A stretch of DNA of 63,109 nucleotides, filler included, from Globobulimina sp. (taxonomy: Eukaryota): the NCBI GenBank assembly GCA_003354225.1. It is 46 parts of 46 records of this genome, joined end to end, with 100 filler letters (N's around TTAATTAATTAA, not from the genome) between each part and the next. Parts side by side here need not be neighbours in the genome. Positions count along the whole stretch, not along the records: positions 9,626 to 10,900 come from PIVH01019620.1; positions 11,001 to 12,275 come from PIVH01019621.1; positions 12,376 to 13,650 come from PIVH01019622.1; positions 13,751 to 15,025 come from PIVH01019623.1; positions 15,126 to 16,400 come from PIVH01019624.1; positions 16,501 to 17,775 come from PIVH01019625.1; positions 17,876 to 19,149 come from PIVH01019626.1; positions 19,250 to 20,523 come from PIVH01019627.1; 38 more parts are not named here. The stretch is one strand, 5' to 3'. This document shows, piece after piece, positions 10,719-23,371 of this stretch. Each line of letters begins with the position of its first letter. The stretch's first letter is position 1. A program made the translations under genes and the position numbers. The notes under the pieces were generated by a model. That model was not told the DNA's origin and searched no databases. It worked only from the letters and a program-made list of their open reading frames with translations.

Positions 10719-12891
10719 CAAAGTCGTAATTCGTAAATCAAAGAATTAACCAATTGGTATGTAAAATTATAACGAGATTCCATTGTATATTGCATATTGT
10801 ATATTGTTACAGGACTTATGTCGGCTTTAAGACGTGGACATTGCGCAGACGATGCATTAATTGAACGCAGATTGGAATATCCGGCATATCAAAATCAATC
10901 NNNNNNNNNNNNNNNNNNNNNNNNNNNNNNNNNNNNNNNNNNNNTTAATTAATTAANNNNNNNNNNNNNNNNNNNNNNNNNNNNNNNNNNNNNNNNNNNN
11001 CTTGTTCGACCAACCGACGACGCTTCGCTCGTGTTGTCTGCTGGCGATAAGTCGAGTGGAGAGGTTGGTGTATCGCATACATATTGTCCACCTAAATAAG
11101 CATCTGCTTTGTCAATAACCTCAGAAATGTAACATTTATAGTCATTATCTGGTGAAACCAGTCCGGTTATCATTTTTTCCAAATCTTCAACTAAATCCTC
11201 TTTAGACATTGTTTTTTGATATAAAATCGATTCTTTTTCATCCAACTTAGGCATAGCTGGCATACTAGCATTGATTTGTATTTTTTTTGGTGTCGCTTGC
11301 TGTGCCATTATGTTTTTAAGTATAACATTGTTTCTCGAAAATCTTATAAATCTACTTCCAACATTCCTGTCAGAGAATACTTCAACGTTAATCCAAATGA
11401 TATTTATCATCAGTTCTCGGTTAGTGTCACCCTTTATTCCTTGATGAAAGCACTCCACAATCGGATTTAATAGTTGTAGCCAATCGAGGACTATGTCCGA
11501 AAAATATATACATAAAAACTAACCTGTTTATACTGTATAATATTCCTTTGAGGCGCTAGTAAGATTAAATTCGATCTAGTAAAGTGAGTTTTCTAGAACA
11601 AAAATATTCGTTTGAGCGCCTCGCCCTTTTTAACTTTTCTTATTACAATACAATCTATTTTTTCTGGAATATAGCAATCAGGGGTGACCCAGACAGTTTG
11701 TTTGATGGTAAACGAATCTATCAATAATTAATTGTGGATAATGATGAATTGTCGCTTGCTCGTATATAGCACTAAGTTTTCTGCATTTAGTAATACGTTT
11801 TTGTAAACAAAAACGCTCCGGACTTTTTTAAGGCAAAAAGCGGACCTATAAAAAATAAAAATACAATTTTTCAACAGGGGGAAACAATTTATTAACTCTC
11901 TCAATTAAATAATTTAGAACAACACTTGTGTGGGGCAAGACAATTACATACATCCTTTTCACGCGGGTAAATTGCTAGGCAATATAGAAAAACATATATA
12001 TCACTCAATCAACAACGTATACTAACTACCTAACACTTTTTCGAATTGCCATATCAAACGTAATCGCATACTTCTTTTAATACATTGATCCGGAGACTTA
12101 AATATTTTCTTTTCTCCACAACATTCCTATTTATCATTTTATCCATTAATTCCCCTTGGTATGGAAATAATAACTCAATGTTTGATGTTTGATGTGCCGC
12201 TTTATTACATTTTCAGATTTTGTGGTATTTGTTTTAAAAATTGTAAAATCAAGTTCTATGCTTTCAACTCTTCAANNNNNNNNNNNNNNNNNNNNNNNNN
12301 NNNNNNNNNNNNNNNNNNNTTAATTAATTAANNNNNNNNNNNNNNNNNNNNNNNNNNNNNNNNNNNNNNNNNNNNGGACATTAAACATCTAAACAATAAC
12401 AAAAATAATTAAAAATACAGGTGATCGTCCTGATTATCGATATGTTAACAAGTTATTACTTTATTCCATTTCATTTCATTCCCGTTTCATTTGATTTGAT
12501 TTCATTGTTTGGAGAGAAAAGAGAGAATAAATTATCATTGATTTGGATATTTTTTATGCGGAGTCATCAGATTATCACCGATCGATAGTTTGTTTTTTTC
12601 TATTTTTTGATGCATGAGATTTGTTTTTTTTTAATGGAGTTTTCATGATGGAAATGGATTTGGGACATTTAAACCATTTGCAATGGCATTAATACAGCAC
12701 ATCGGATGGAGATTGTTTTAGTTTGAATCTCTCTCTTTTCTCTCGCTTGACACACAAACAAAAAAAAAGTAATATTAAACTCCTGTGACATTTGAACACA
12801 ATGCAATGCAAAATCCAATTTAAAATACCATCAAATCAAATGCATTTGCGTGAATTGTACGTTTTTTATCTGTTTTGTTGTTTGTTAATAG

Positions 12892-13650
12892 TGATCGCGA
12901 AGATGGAGGAGTTCATAATTTAGGATACAATGGATATAATGAGGCCTATTCAGCAGAGGGACACAATAAAAACAAAAAAGACCGCAAATATCACAATAGA
13001 GATGATTTTAAATCGCATTCTGATAATCGAGACAATAGAGACAATAAATCAAATTACAAAGATTATCATAAAGATGCACACAAAGATCCGCATACTAATA
13101 CTTCCCATGGATTACATGCAACACATTCACCGCATTCACATGGATCCACATCGCATTCACACTCACATCGTGCTAATAAATCCAATTTTGATTCATCTCA
13201 ATACGACAAAGATAACCATAGAGACATAGCTGGCAAATTTGATAAATATGACCATCACAGAGATAGAGATAGAGACCGACACCGTGATAAATATCACGAT
13301 AAACCTGGAGACAAACCGCATTTATCTGCTCTTCCAAACATTATAAAGGATCACCGTATCCATTCCAAGCATAAATATGATAAAGATATAAAAAGGGATA
13401 TGGACAGAGACAGAAATAGAAATAGGGACAGAAATAGAGAGAAAGATAGAGATAAAAACCATAAACGAGCTGACAAAGCGAATAGAGACAGAGACAAAGA
13501 CAGAGACCGAGAAAAAAGTAAAGTGAAAAAAGTAAAGCTGGAAACAGTGGCTTATAATGATACGGATACAGAGGATGATGATGATGATAATGACGAGATG
13601 GATGAAACTGGTCCGTCCGAGGTGGAGGAGGGTGAAATTCAGGAAGATTT
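12892..13650 (+). CDS. Internal exon of an RD/H-rich low-complexity nuclear protein
   Basis: DRDRDR repeats, acidic tract and EVEEGEI motif; preceded by a T-rich acceptor ending TAG. Confidence 0.55.
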
Positions 13651-13750
13651 NNNNNNNNNNNNNNNNNNNNNNNNNNNNNNNNNNNNNNNNNNNNTTAATT
13701 AATTAANNNNNNNNNNNNNNNNNNNNNNNNNNNNNNNNNNNNNNNNNNNN

Positions 13751-14606
13751 TTCTAATATATAGGCAATATAAACATTCACGTCATCTTCGATTTTATTTA
13801 CAACCATTTCTTGTAATCCACCGCCAGATAATCGATGCTTAAATTCAGTCATTGCTCTTCGTATGATATCGCTTGCTTTGATATTTATTTTATATCCTTT
13901 AAAAAAGTCGCATTTCTCTACCCATTCTGTTTCCGTTTTAAATTTATATTTCTTATTAATAACTTGATCAATATGGGATAACTCAAACATATCCATCAAC
14001 ATTGACATTAATGGGATTTGATTATATTTGCTCACTGCAATGGTTTTTAAGAAATTCTTATTTTTCCCTGCATCTTGAAAGCCTGCATTTGGACATTGGA
14101 CATTCATAAATTGGCCAGCTTGTTGTATTTTTTTTTCGTCATCACACGCTCTCCAATCCACATCATCTGTTTTTGTTATATATCGCTAGGATAACATGCA
14201 AACAACACACATATTATATAATTATATATAGAAACTTGGAGAGAATATATTGTCATCATCGTCTTCGGTAATTTCGCCGTTGACGATGGCGAGGAGGACT
14301 TTGAAGAATGTAGCACAGAAATTAATGTCTTCAAAGCCTGCCGCTTCGGCATGTAACTCATCCATAAATGCGGAATCATCCCAAGCGCCTTGATCTAAAT
14401 CCTCGATAAATGCATCTGCTTCGTCAAACTATTCAGTATTGTGAATATAGTATATATTTGCAGGTAGACATTGTTGTGCTTTTTATAGATTGTACCAAAT
14501 TTTCCAATGTGGTTATGAATGCTTTGGCAATTTTACTATTAAACCTATTCTGCACCAGATTTTTCCATTTGTCGGAAATGACATCAAAAGCTTCTTTTTC
14601 TGCCAT
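13751..14606 (-). CDS. Three-exon hypothetical protein (introns 14429-14495 and 14167-14235), paralog of 14665+, 3' partial
   Basis: Splicing two GT-AG introns gives the continuous frame MAEKEAFDVISDKW...LENL|FDEADAFIEDLDQGAWDDSAF...CATFFK...FSP|NDVDWRAC. Confidence 0.75.
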
Positions 14607-14664
14607 TCACGAGGACTGAATGTTTTGAGCTCAAAGATTTCTGAAGAAAAAACTTTGCATTTAA

Positions 14665-15025
14665 ATGGCAGAGGAAGATTTCAGTGCGCAATCGAAACAT
14701 TGGGCGTCTAAGATAGCACACAAGTTTGGCGACAAAGCAGGTGAACAATTCCTCGATGTTGTGTTGGACTTATTTGAATCCACAGAAGAGTTGCTCGCAG
14801 ATTTAGAAGTTGAAGAATGGGATGAAAGTGCTTTAGTGGATACATTAAATTCAGATAAAAACGCATATCACGATGCAAATCTATGTGCAACTTTTTATAA
14901 AACCTTGAAAGTTATCATCGAAGGTCAAGATACCTTATCCGCAGACATAGTATTATTACCAACCGATATCCGACGGGATATTGAGCAAAAAGAGCTTATC
15001 AAAGCGAAAAAATATATGCATATGC
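14665..15025 (+). CDS. Hypothetical protein, paralog of the divergent gene, 3' partial
   Basis: MAEEDFSAQSKHW...LFESTEELLADLEVEEWDESAL...CATFYK. Confidence 0.7.
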
Positions 15026-15302
15026 NNNNNNNNNNNNNNNNNNNNNNNNNNNNNNNNNNNNNNNNNNNNTTAATTAATTAANNNNNNNNNNNNNNNNNNN
15101 NNNNNNNNNNNNNNNNNNNNNNNNNTTTTTTAATTTAATTAACAACTTTAATCTGTATTTTTTCGTGGTGATAAAGCAAAAATGCATGATTAACGTTATC
15201 GGAGAGGCATGAAGATTTGTTGAGATTTGTTGGAGAGGCAGAAATATTTAAATAATGGGAGTACGCTGTCATATTACAGCCAAAAAAAGAAAATGAGCAA
15301 AA

Positions 15303-16400
15303 TCAGTCAATCTCAACCATATCATCATCATCATCTTGTACTTCCACATCCAGATCTTCCTCCTCCTCTTCCTCCTCCTCCTCCTCATCATCATCATCTT
15401 GATCCATATTGTTTTCTTTTTGTAATTTCCAAATATGCGCATAATTTTTATTACTATACGTTGTCGCCAATACCTTTGACTGTAAATGCGCTAAAATCTC
15501 CTGGATCAATTTCAATTCCTTTTCATTAAACTTTTTAATTCCAGTTTTTCTATTATTTTTCACAAATTTTACTTTATACCATTTATGCGTAATAGTCAAT
15601 ATATTATTCACTGTGATTGCATTTGGAGAATATTTATGTGATAATATCGGTAAACTAAACATAATTATTGCAATAAAATGAGATAAATCATACAGTTCCT
15701 CCGTGATTATAGCCATCAAATAATTAATATATGACACAATAATGTCACAGCATTCAATCTCATAACTTTTCTCCATTTCGTCTTCTTTTTTGTTCTCTTC
15801 CTCTTTCTCTTCCAATTCTTGCTTTAATTTTGCTTTTTTATTTGATTTTTTTTTGCTGGATTTTTTATGCGAACATGTGCGATGAGAATTTTTTCTATTC
15901 CGTGACGGTGTGGGTCTTGGCGGAGTAATCAAATTTTTTGTTAAAAAATCGGTGCTCGCGCGTTGTTCCAGTTCTTTATTGCGATCAATCACCGATTTCG
16001 GAAAAGGTGTGCTTATATTAGTTATATTATCCAATTCGGTTAGATTTGGACTATGATTCTCATAAAGATCATCATCGGCGATATCAAATGAATCGGCCAT
16101 GTTTTTTAAGTTTTTATTTTGTTGATTGACTGGCTTTGATAAAGCATCGATCAAAGCACCTCTTGATTTGGTAAAGGGAGTGATTTTGGGCGTCTGTTGC
16201 ACGCACATTTTATGTGCCGTATCTTGCTTAGTTTGGTTATATTTTGCATCTAATTTTTGTAGGTCGTAGCGACATAAATACATATCGCGTAATTTAGAAA
16301 TTAAATTTAATGGTTTATTGGTTTTAATATCCGTCGCATTGTCACATACATCATTTAATATATTTATATATTTTGGTGGTGAATGTAGATAATTTTTAAT
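15303..16400 (-). CDS. Hypothetical protein C-terminus with acidic tail
   Basis: Long ORF, K-rich NLS-like stretch, poly-E/D end. Confidence 0.45.
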   Translation of the reverse strand: MKNYLHSPPKYINILNDVCDNATDIKTNKPLNLISKLRDMYLCRYDLQKLDAKYNQTKQDTAHKMCVQQTPKITPFTKSRGALIDALSKPVNQQNKNLKNMADSFDIADDDLYENHSPNLTELDNITNISTPFPKSVIDRNKELEQRASTDFLTKNLITPPRPTPSRNRKNSHRTCSHKKSSKKKSNKKAKLKQELEEKEEENKKEDEMEKSYEIECCDIIVSYINYLMAIITEELYDLSHFIAIIMFSLPILSHKYSPNAITVNNILTITHKWYKVKFVKNNRKTGIKKFNEKELKLIQEILAHLQSKVLATTYSNKNYAHIWKLQKENNMDQDDDDEEEEEEEEEEDLDVEVQDDDDDMVEID

Positions 16401-16503
16401 NNNNNNNNNNNNNNNNNNNNNNNNNNNNNNNNNNNNNNNNNNNNTTAATTAATTAANNNNNNNNNNNNNNNNNNNNNNNNNNNNNNNNNNNNNNNNNNNN
16501 GTA

Positions 16504-17412
16504 GTGACTGCACCAAATGTGCCGCCAGATTGGGACAGCACAGCTCCGGCATATAAAGTCAATATAATTAATAAAAAAGGTATCATGTATTATAAACCAG
16601 ATTGGGAGGATAACGTTGATAAAAAGGAAAATGACATTGATACCGGCTCCTATAACCCCGCAATTCCCCTATCACCGTCCAATACGTTCACAAGAGGCGA
16701 TGCCTGCTTCCATGAGATTATTCGAGACCATCCAGACTCTCTACGGATGCAACAGTATCCAGCCCGCCGTCAAACATACAAAAGACAGAGACGAAAAATG
16801 ATGAAGAAAATCCAAGAAAATAAGCAAACAAATAAAAAGTCCGAGATTGTAGCAGAACAAATAAGAAATATTAAGAGAACGGGAGCATGCGTCAAATATG
16901 AAATTAAGAATGAAGAAATATGGGTTGTAGATTTGAGAAAAGATTTGGTGGATTATAGAGAGGTGTGGCAATTAGAAAATCTATGCAATATTAGCAATGT
17001 GAGCGTGTCCACCAACTCATTTGGCAAAGACCCAGATTATGCCAAAGCGATTGAAATATTATACCATTTCACCGATCATTTGATACCATCGACAATAATA
17101 TTAAATGACAGAAGAATATTGCATTTGGACCCGATCATCGGTTCCAGCACAGAATCAATGCTAATGGACCTGAACTGGGATGTATCTAATCCGAAATTTG
17201 AGCATAATGACATTGAAATCGAATATATTAAGAAACGATTAATTTACTGGCCCGTAAATATGTGCCTATTTAATGTCCCATTAACTCATTGCAGCGCATC
17301 ATTACAAGCAAAATCAAAGCAAATATACATTCGATATTTATTTTGTATACAATTAAAAAAGCGATGGCAAACGATTACGATATGTCGAAAATCGATTATA
17401 TTCCGCTATTGA
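16504..17412 (+). CDS. Hypothetical protein fragment
   Basis: 302-aa ORF; no family recognised. Confidence 0.35.
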   Translation: MTAPNVPPDWDSTAPAYKVNIINKKGIMYYKPDWEDNVDKKENDIDTGSYNPAIPLSPSNTFTRGDACFHEIIRDHPDSLRMQQYPARRQTYKRQRRKMMKKIQENKQTNKKSEIVAEQIRNIKRTGACVKYEIKNEEIWVVDLRKDLVDYREVWQLENLCNISNVSVSTNSFGKDPDYAKAIEILYHFTDHLIPSTIILNDRRILHLDPIIGSSTESMLMDLNWDVSNPKFEHNDIEIEYIKKRLIYWPVNMCLFNVPLTHCSASLQAKSKQIYIRYLFCIQLKKRWQTITICRKSIIFRY

Positions 17413-17875
17413 CTGAATTAATAAAGCGTACGAGATCAAAATGGAGAGATTAAAATTGGCGCAGAGAGAATTAGATAAAGAACGTTTGAATCCCACGCCA
17501 ATGAATGAAGATACAGACAGCAAATCCGAAGCGTCGAGTGATGACTCAGTAAATGATGAATTATGGTTTGCTGAGTTGACGAATGAAATAAATGGACAAT
17601 ATGTGAATATTTTGAAATTGATTAAAATTGATCATTTGTATGGGGATTGATCATGAGAATGGCACAATTTTTCTTGATTTGGATGGTAATTCCATATTGG
17701 AAAATAATTAAATTGTATTATACGCCCGCGGCTGCAGTGATTGGTGCGTTATTAAATTCGTGTTTTGGTAAATGTNNNNNNNNNNNNNNNNNNNNNNNNN
17801 NNNNNNNNNNNNNNNNNNNTTAATTAATTAANNNNNNNNNNNNNNNNNNNNNNNNNNNNNNNNNNNNNNNNNNNN

Positions 17876-18339
17876 ACGTTAATAAACAAACAATCTAGTG
17901 ATTCATATACAATTTGTAATCCTTTCGTTGTTATCATTTTGCGCAATAAATAACCTTCACTAACTTTTATTAAATTGCGTACTGAAATATTAATGTTAGT
18001 ATATAGTGAGTCTGGTTTGATTTCTTCATTCCATTTCTGCATTAAGTTCAATAATTTGATAGCTAATTGATATGCATTGGAAATATCTGACTGTAGAAAT
18101 TTTGCGGCTTCGTGTCTGTTAATATACAGAGTTACGGAATGGTTATTTGCAATACGGTCCTGTACATTTCTTGAATGATAATTTATCCATTTTGCCAATT
18201 CGTGTCTATTCTTTATTGTGTGTACCCAATCAATATCGCCTGTTTTCGATGTAGTGTGATTGACTAATCCGTGATGTATGTCAATATGTGTACCATTGGT
18301 ACAATTTAATAGGAAGTAGCAAACGAGCCAAACAAGCAT
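17876..18339 (-). CDS. Hypothetical secreted protein, 3' partial
   Basis: Signal-peptide-like start MLVWLVCYFLLNCTNG. Confidence 0.4.
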
Positions 18340-18470
18340 TTGATGATCCTCTGATTAAAAACACTAAGAAATGGAAAACTTAAAACTAAAGAAACAAAAG
18401 TAATTAAAATATCAGCTATAGAAAGGGAGAAAAGTCAGAAAACAATAATCAGAACAACACAAATCGATAT

Positions 18471-19149
18471 TCAATCAGTATAGGTGTAATTCCATGAATT
18501 CCACTCTCCCAACAATAAGTTTGGTCGATCGTAAAATAAAATATTTTTCATTGCTTCATAACAAGGATCGTATATTCGATGGATATTGGCAGAATACCAC
18601 GCATTGTGCTCATGCACATTTGCAGCATTTTTGATGTGATTATGTTTTTCAACGTCAGTGACAAATAACTTTTTATCGCCATCCATATGTTTATCACATT
18701 CCATATGATTCAAATCCATCATCCAACATTTTATTATTTTCATCGAACGCTCCAAATCAGAAAATAACCACTCAAATTGAACCACTCTGTACGCCTTAAT
18801 GTCAGTCCATTGATTCCATATTTTATTATTCAAAACCTCATCATATGAAAATAACGCAATCAAAAATACAGGAAATGTGAATGGAGCCCAAATATGTATA
18901 TCTTTTCTTGGCATAGAAGCAATATCTTGTGGCTCCACAAACTTTCTCCGGAAGTATGTGACAATGAATTCTTTGTAAACAGTTGTTTTTAATTCCAAAT
19001 ACCGTTTTATTCCAACAATTCCATCATTATTCAATTCATTCCATTTGGAATTCATTCGCTTGCAAATCCCATTTAAAACCGCAAACGATTCCTTTCCGTC
19101 AATATCTTTGATGATATCCCGTTTCAAAGCAAAAATTGTATCGGCGTGG
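18471..19149 (-). CDS. Hypothetical protein, 5' partial
   Basis: ORF of at least 218 aa near the contig edge. Confidence 0.4.
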
Positions 19150-19338
19150 NNNNNNNNNNNNNNNNNNNNNNNNNNNNNNNNNNNNNNNNNNNNTTAATTA
19201 ATTAANNNNNNNNNNNNNNNNNNNNNNNNNNNNNNNNNNNNNNNNNNNNTCAAACAATAAAACAAATCTCACTAAACATTAAACAACGATTATTCATGAA
19301 CACTAACTCCAATACCAATGAAATGCACAATTTAATAA

Positions 19339-20523
19339 TTGAGGCCGAGAACGAGTTTGTTCAGAACAAACAATCTAAATCACTCCAATAAACTAAAAAC
19401 ATTCAAAACTTATAATAAAAATAAAGATTTCATTGTCGATGAGCCATTCCTGACTTATAAAAATAAAATAATGGATAAAAATACTGCACTGCAACAATTC
19501 TTTGGTTCCATATGTGGGCCGATGACAGACCCGACCATTAATCACAAAATTGATGATATAAATGACTTTGAGGAGAATCTAACAAACCATGTCCCGAATA
19601 AATTGGTGTTTATTCCAAATAAACCACAGAAACCCGATAATGCGGAACCTCCGCCGCTTGAAGCCATTGCTGCTGACCCTGTCACCATAAATGAGTCTGC
19701 AGTTAACGACACACTGACACCCCATTTTGATCCAAATTACCTCCCTCCAACTCAACCCATATTAAATGAACTATACAACTTAGAGCATGATAATAACAGC
19801 GATACAGACAATGATGACGACGTCATAATGAATATCCAACAGCAAACTCCTGGATATTTCCCTGACCGTAATATCACACAAGAAAATGATGAGAAACAAG
19901 AGTGCGAAGACCTACCTGACCCCAAAGCTTCCAAGTTCAAATCGATAGAGCTTGCGATAAAACAGGCAAACCCCAACAGCGCCCCCGGTTATGACGGCAT
20001 CAAAACTATACATCTTAAAACAAATCAAAACCTGATAAATGAAGTTCTATGCACACTTTATAACGTCTGGAATGCCACGTACCACATTCCATACTACTTC
20101 AGACTTGGAACAATAATTCCAATCCTAAAAACGCCGAATGGATGCACGCCAAACCAATACAGACCCATAACTCTCCTACCTATTATATTTAAAGCATATG
20201 AAAGGTTGGTACTGTGGGAAATGTGCATACAACATAAATTCAGAGCAAACCTTCATATCTTGCAAGGCGGAAACCGCTCCAGACGAGGGGTGCCAGAACA
20301 GATAGGAGCACTGAATCTAATTGCCGAGACTGCAAAGATGCGCAACATACCATTGTACTGTGCGTTGCTTGATATACGTAAAGCATTTGATACTGTTTGG
20401 AGGAAGGGATTAATATATAAACTGCATAATGATTTCAATATTCCTATTCACATTTGCAAGATAATAAAAGCGATATACAATGACTCCCACGCGGCAATAC
20501 GTGATATCCCCTTCATCTCAAAC
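19339..20523 (+). mobile_element. Non-LTR (LINE-type) retrotransposon reverse transcriptase, N-terminal domains
   Basis: SAPGYDGI, IIPILK, YRPITLL...KAYERLV, QGGNR..RG, LLDIRKAFDTVWR. Confidence 0.93.
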
Positions 20524-20835
20524 NNNNNNNNNNNNNNNNNNNNNNNNNNNNNNNNNNNNNNNNNNNNTTAATTAATTAANNNNNNNNNNNNNNNNNNNNN
20601 NNNNNNNNNNNNNNNNNNNNNNNTGAAGATATCTTAACACCTCCACTCAAAGTCGCCATTAAGACCTCACGATATATCGGAGAAACATAACCCCAAAGGG
20701 GACTATTAAACTTTTCACCACGTACTGTGCAAAGAGAGAAAAAAACAAAAACACTGAAAGGCAGAAAGTCCGGAAGGCACCAAAACACGCAAAGAAGTCC
20801 GTAAGTCTCACAAAGAACGACACAGCTAAAGCAAA

Positions 20836-21523
20836 CTACCATTGGTGGACATCTGGCAACGACAAAGGCGTAGGAAGCGGCTGCATAATCCAACCATTAC
20901 GATTACATATACGCACACCGCGGGTCATAAACTCGCGTATCTCAAAACGTGACAGCAAATCAGGCAATTTATTCTTTTTCGTATGCACATAATCAATATA
21001 AAGCTGCATATGTTCCTCCACTGCATACATACAAACCCAACGCAAACCTGACTGCAGAAAATCATCCGAAGCATTTTTATTAAGTAATATGGCCTCAACG
21101 TGCTTGTTGTCGGTCTTCAACAGCAATTTGGTACGCGATTGGAGCAAATGGCGGAAAGTATAAAGGCCTGCGATGATAGCCAATAACTCGAGAAAGTGTA
21201 AATTTGGGATCAATTAAGTCATCGATGGACACACTGCTTACGACATCAATGTACCTCAACCACCAAATCAGATCCTTCAGCTCCCACTCCTTGAGATCAA
21301 TAATCACATCCTTCCGACCATAATGCTCAATATGTTTGTAAAGGGAGTGACGAAGACGGCGCAGGAACGCCTTGCCAGGCCATCCCAAATTGGAAACGTC
21401 CTGCAATTTACTAATGAGGGATTCGAAAATCTCCAAAGGCATCGCACGATGCAAAAGGGCCGCATTGATAACCTGCTTAATTTTCCATATGCGCGAGTCC
21501 GAGATAGCGATGGTAAACGTCAT
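20836..21523 (-). mobile_element. Degenerate DIRS-type retrotransposon RT C-terminus/RNase H
   Basis: SLISKL...WPGKAFLRRL...DLIWW, then a frameshift to FLELLAII...KTDN...YVHTKKNKLPDLLSR. Confidence 0.8.
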
Positions 21524-21997
21524 CGTATTGATAGCTTCTTTACTTTGGCTGGCCTTCGAACCCGGATTTGAGCCATTTATTGTGACACTTACGTCCGTTT
21601 TAACATTGAAACTAATCAGAGCTGGGCTAAAATGACCATTCCTATGAAACAGGCATTAATGAAGATGTGGCCAGGTAAAGAGCCGCACGAACTTGTTAAT
21701 GCACCAATTATGGTTTTAGCGCAAGTGACGGAAGCTAAAGGCCAATACGCCGCCGGCCATCAACTGGTATTAAGCAATGTTCCGCAAGTTCAGCAACCAG
21801 TAGCACAAGCCGCACAGCCAGGATTGCCAGCTCAACAAGAAACTCCATTTTAATGTTACAACCAGGTGATATACTTGGCATCGTTTATATAGAAAAANNN
21901 NNNNNNNNNNNNNNNNNNNNNNNNNNNNNNNNNNNNNNNNNTTAATTAATTAANNNNNNNNNNNNNNNNNNNNNNNNNNNNNNNNNNNNNNNNNNNN

Positions 21998-22510
21998 AAT
22001 TATGATTCCATCGTTTGCTTTATTAAAAATTGTTTTAAATTTTTCTTCATTCTCCCGCAGCGCCTCCTCAGCCTTTTTTCGCTCGGTGATGTCACGCTGA
22101 ACACCCCAAATTCTGGTTACCTTGCCATCCTCAACAATTGTTGTATGACTTTCCAACACCCTAAAAGGCCGACCTTCGCTGTCAAAATTAATGGCTTCAT
22201 TTTCTCTGCTATGAAAACTTCCGTCTTTTGCGTTGAACAAATTTTCTCCCCATTCTTGAATTGCGCTGATTGCTCTCTCCTTGAAATCAGGTACATAAAC
22301 AAGTGGAGATGTGCCTACGACTTCATCAGGGGTTACTCTATATCTCTTTGCCATAGCTTCGTTGATCTCGGATACTACAGCCCTTTTGGCAATGAGATCA
22401 CTTATTTCTTCCTCTGGAAGGTTAAGGGGAACTGGAGGGGAATAATCAAGGCGATAAATAAATTCGGAAGTGTTTTGAATAAAGTTACGGTAGCGCTCTT
22501 CGCTCTCCCT

Positions 22511-22542
<32 letters not shown>

Positions 22543-23271
22543 TGTCAACAACAATTCCTCTCAAACCTGCCATCTTGTTATTCTTAATAATCCGATTTGT
22601 GTATGTTATTATTGGAAAAGTGGATCTGTCTTTTCTCAGCCCGGTATATTCAACGATTTCAAACTCCTCACCACCCAATAAGCGCGCCATATTTTCTTTT
22701 GCTCTGTCTCTATCTTCCGGTATAAATAGTCGAAAGGGATCAAAACTATTATCAAAATTATTTTTTGAATATCCAAATAAATCATATACATGTTCGTTTA
22801 TGAATGTAAGGTTCCCCTGAAAATCAAATTCAAAAACGACTTGAGGCAATAAATTTACCATTTCTTTGTAGTTATTTTCACTCTCCCGCAGCGCCTCCTC
22901 TGTCTTCATGCGCTCGGTGATGTCTTGAACAGTTCCACGAAGTCCAGTGATATGCCCTGCATTATCATACACAGGTTCACCTCGAGTTGAAATCAGTCGT
23001 ATCACGCCGTCTGTTCGAATCATCTCCAAATCGAGATTATATGGTGTTCCTTTATCTAAAGCCGTTCTTCCTGCGATGTCCAGTCGCTTAAAGCTTTCGG
23101 GAGTGTAGAGCGATGTATCTTTTTCATAAGTTGGTGTAGTATTATTCGGATCGCGCCCAAGGATATTGTAGAGTTCTTTCGACCAAATAGCGGTGTCTGT
23201 TCCTGAATCCCACTCCCAACTGCCGATACTGGCAATTCGTTGTGCTTCTGTAAGCCTTCTCTCACTCTCCC
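21998..23271 (-). CDS. Prokaryotic multi-PAS/PAC sensor protein fragment (open across the whole contig)
   Basis: Three DITERx..EEALRE(S/N)E PAC linkers; AQRIASIGSWEWD; intronless; higher GC than neighbours. Confidence 0.92.
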
Positions 23272-23371
23272 NNNNNNNNNNNNNNNNNNNNNNNNNNNNN
23301 NNNNNNNNNNNNNNNTTAATTAATTAANNNNNNNNNNNNNNNNNNNNNNNNNNNNNNNNNNNNNNNNNNNN

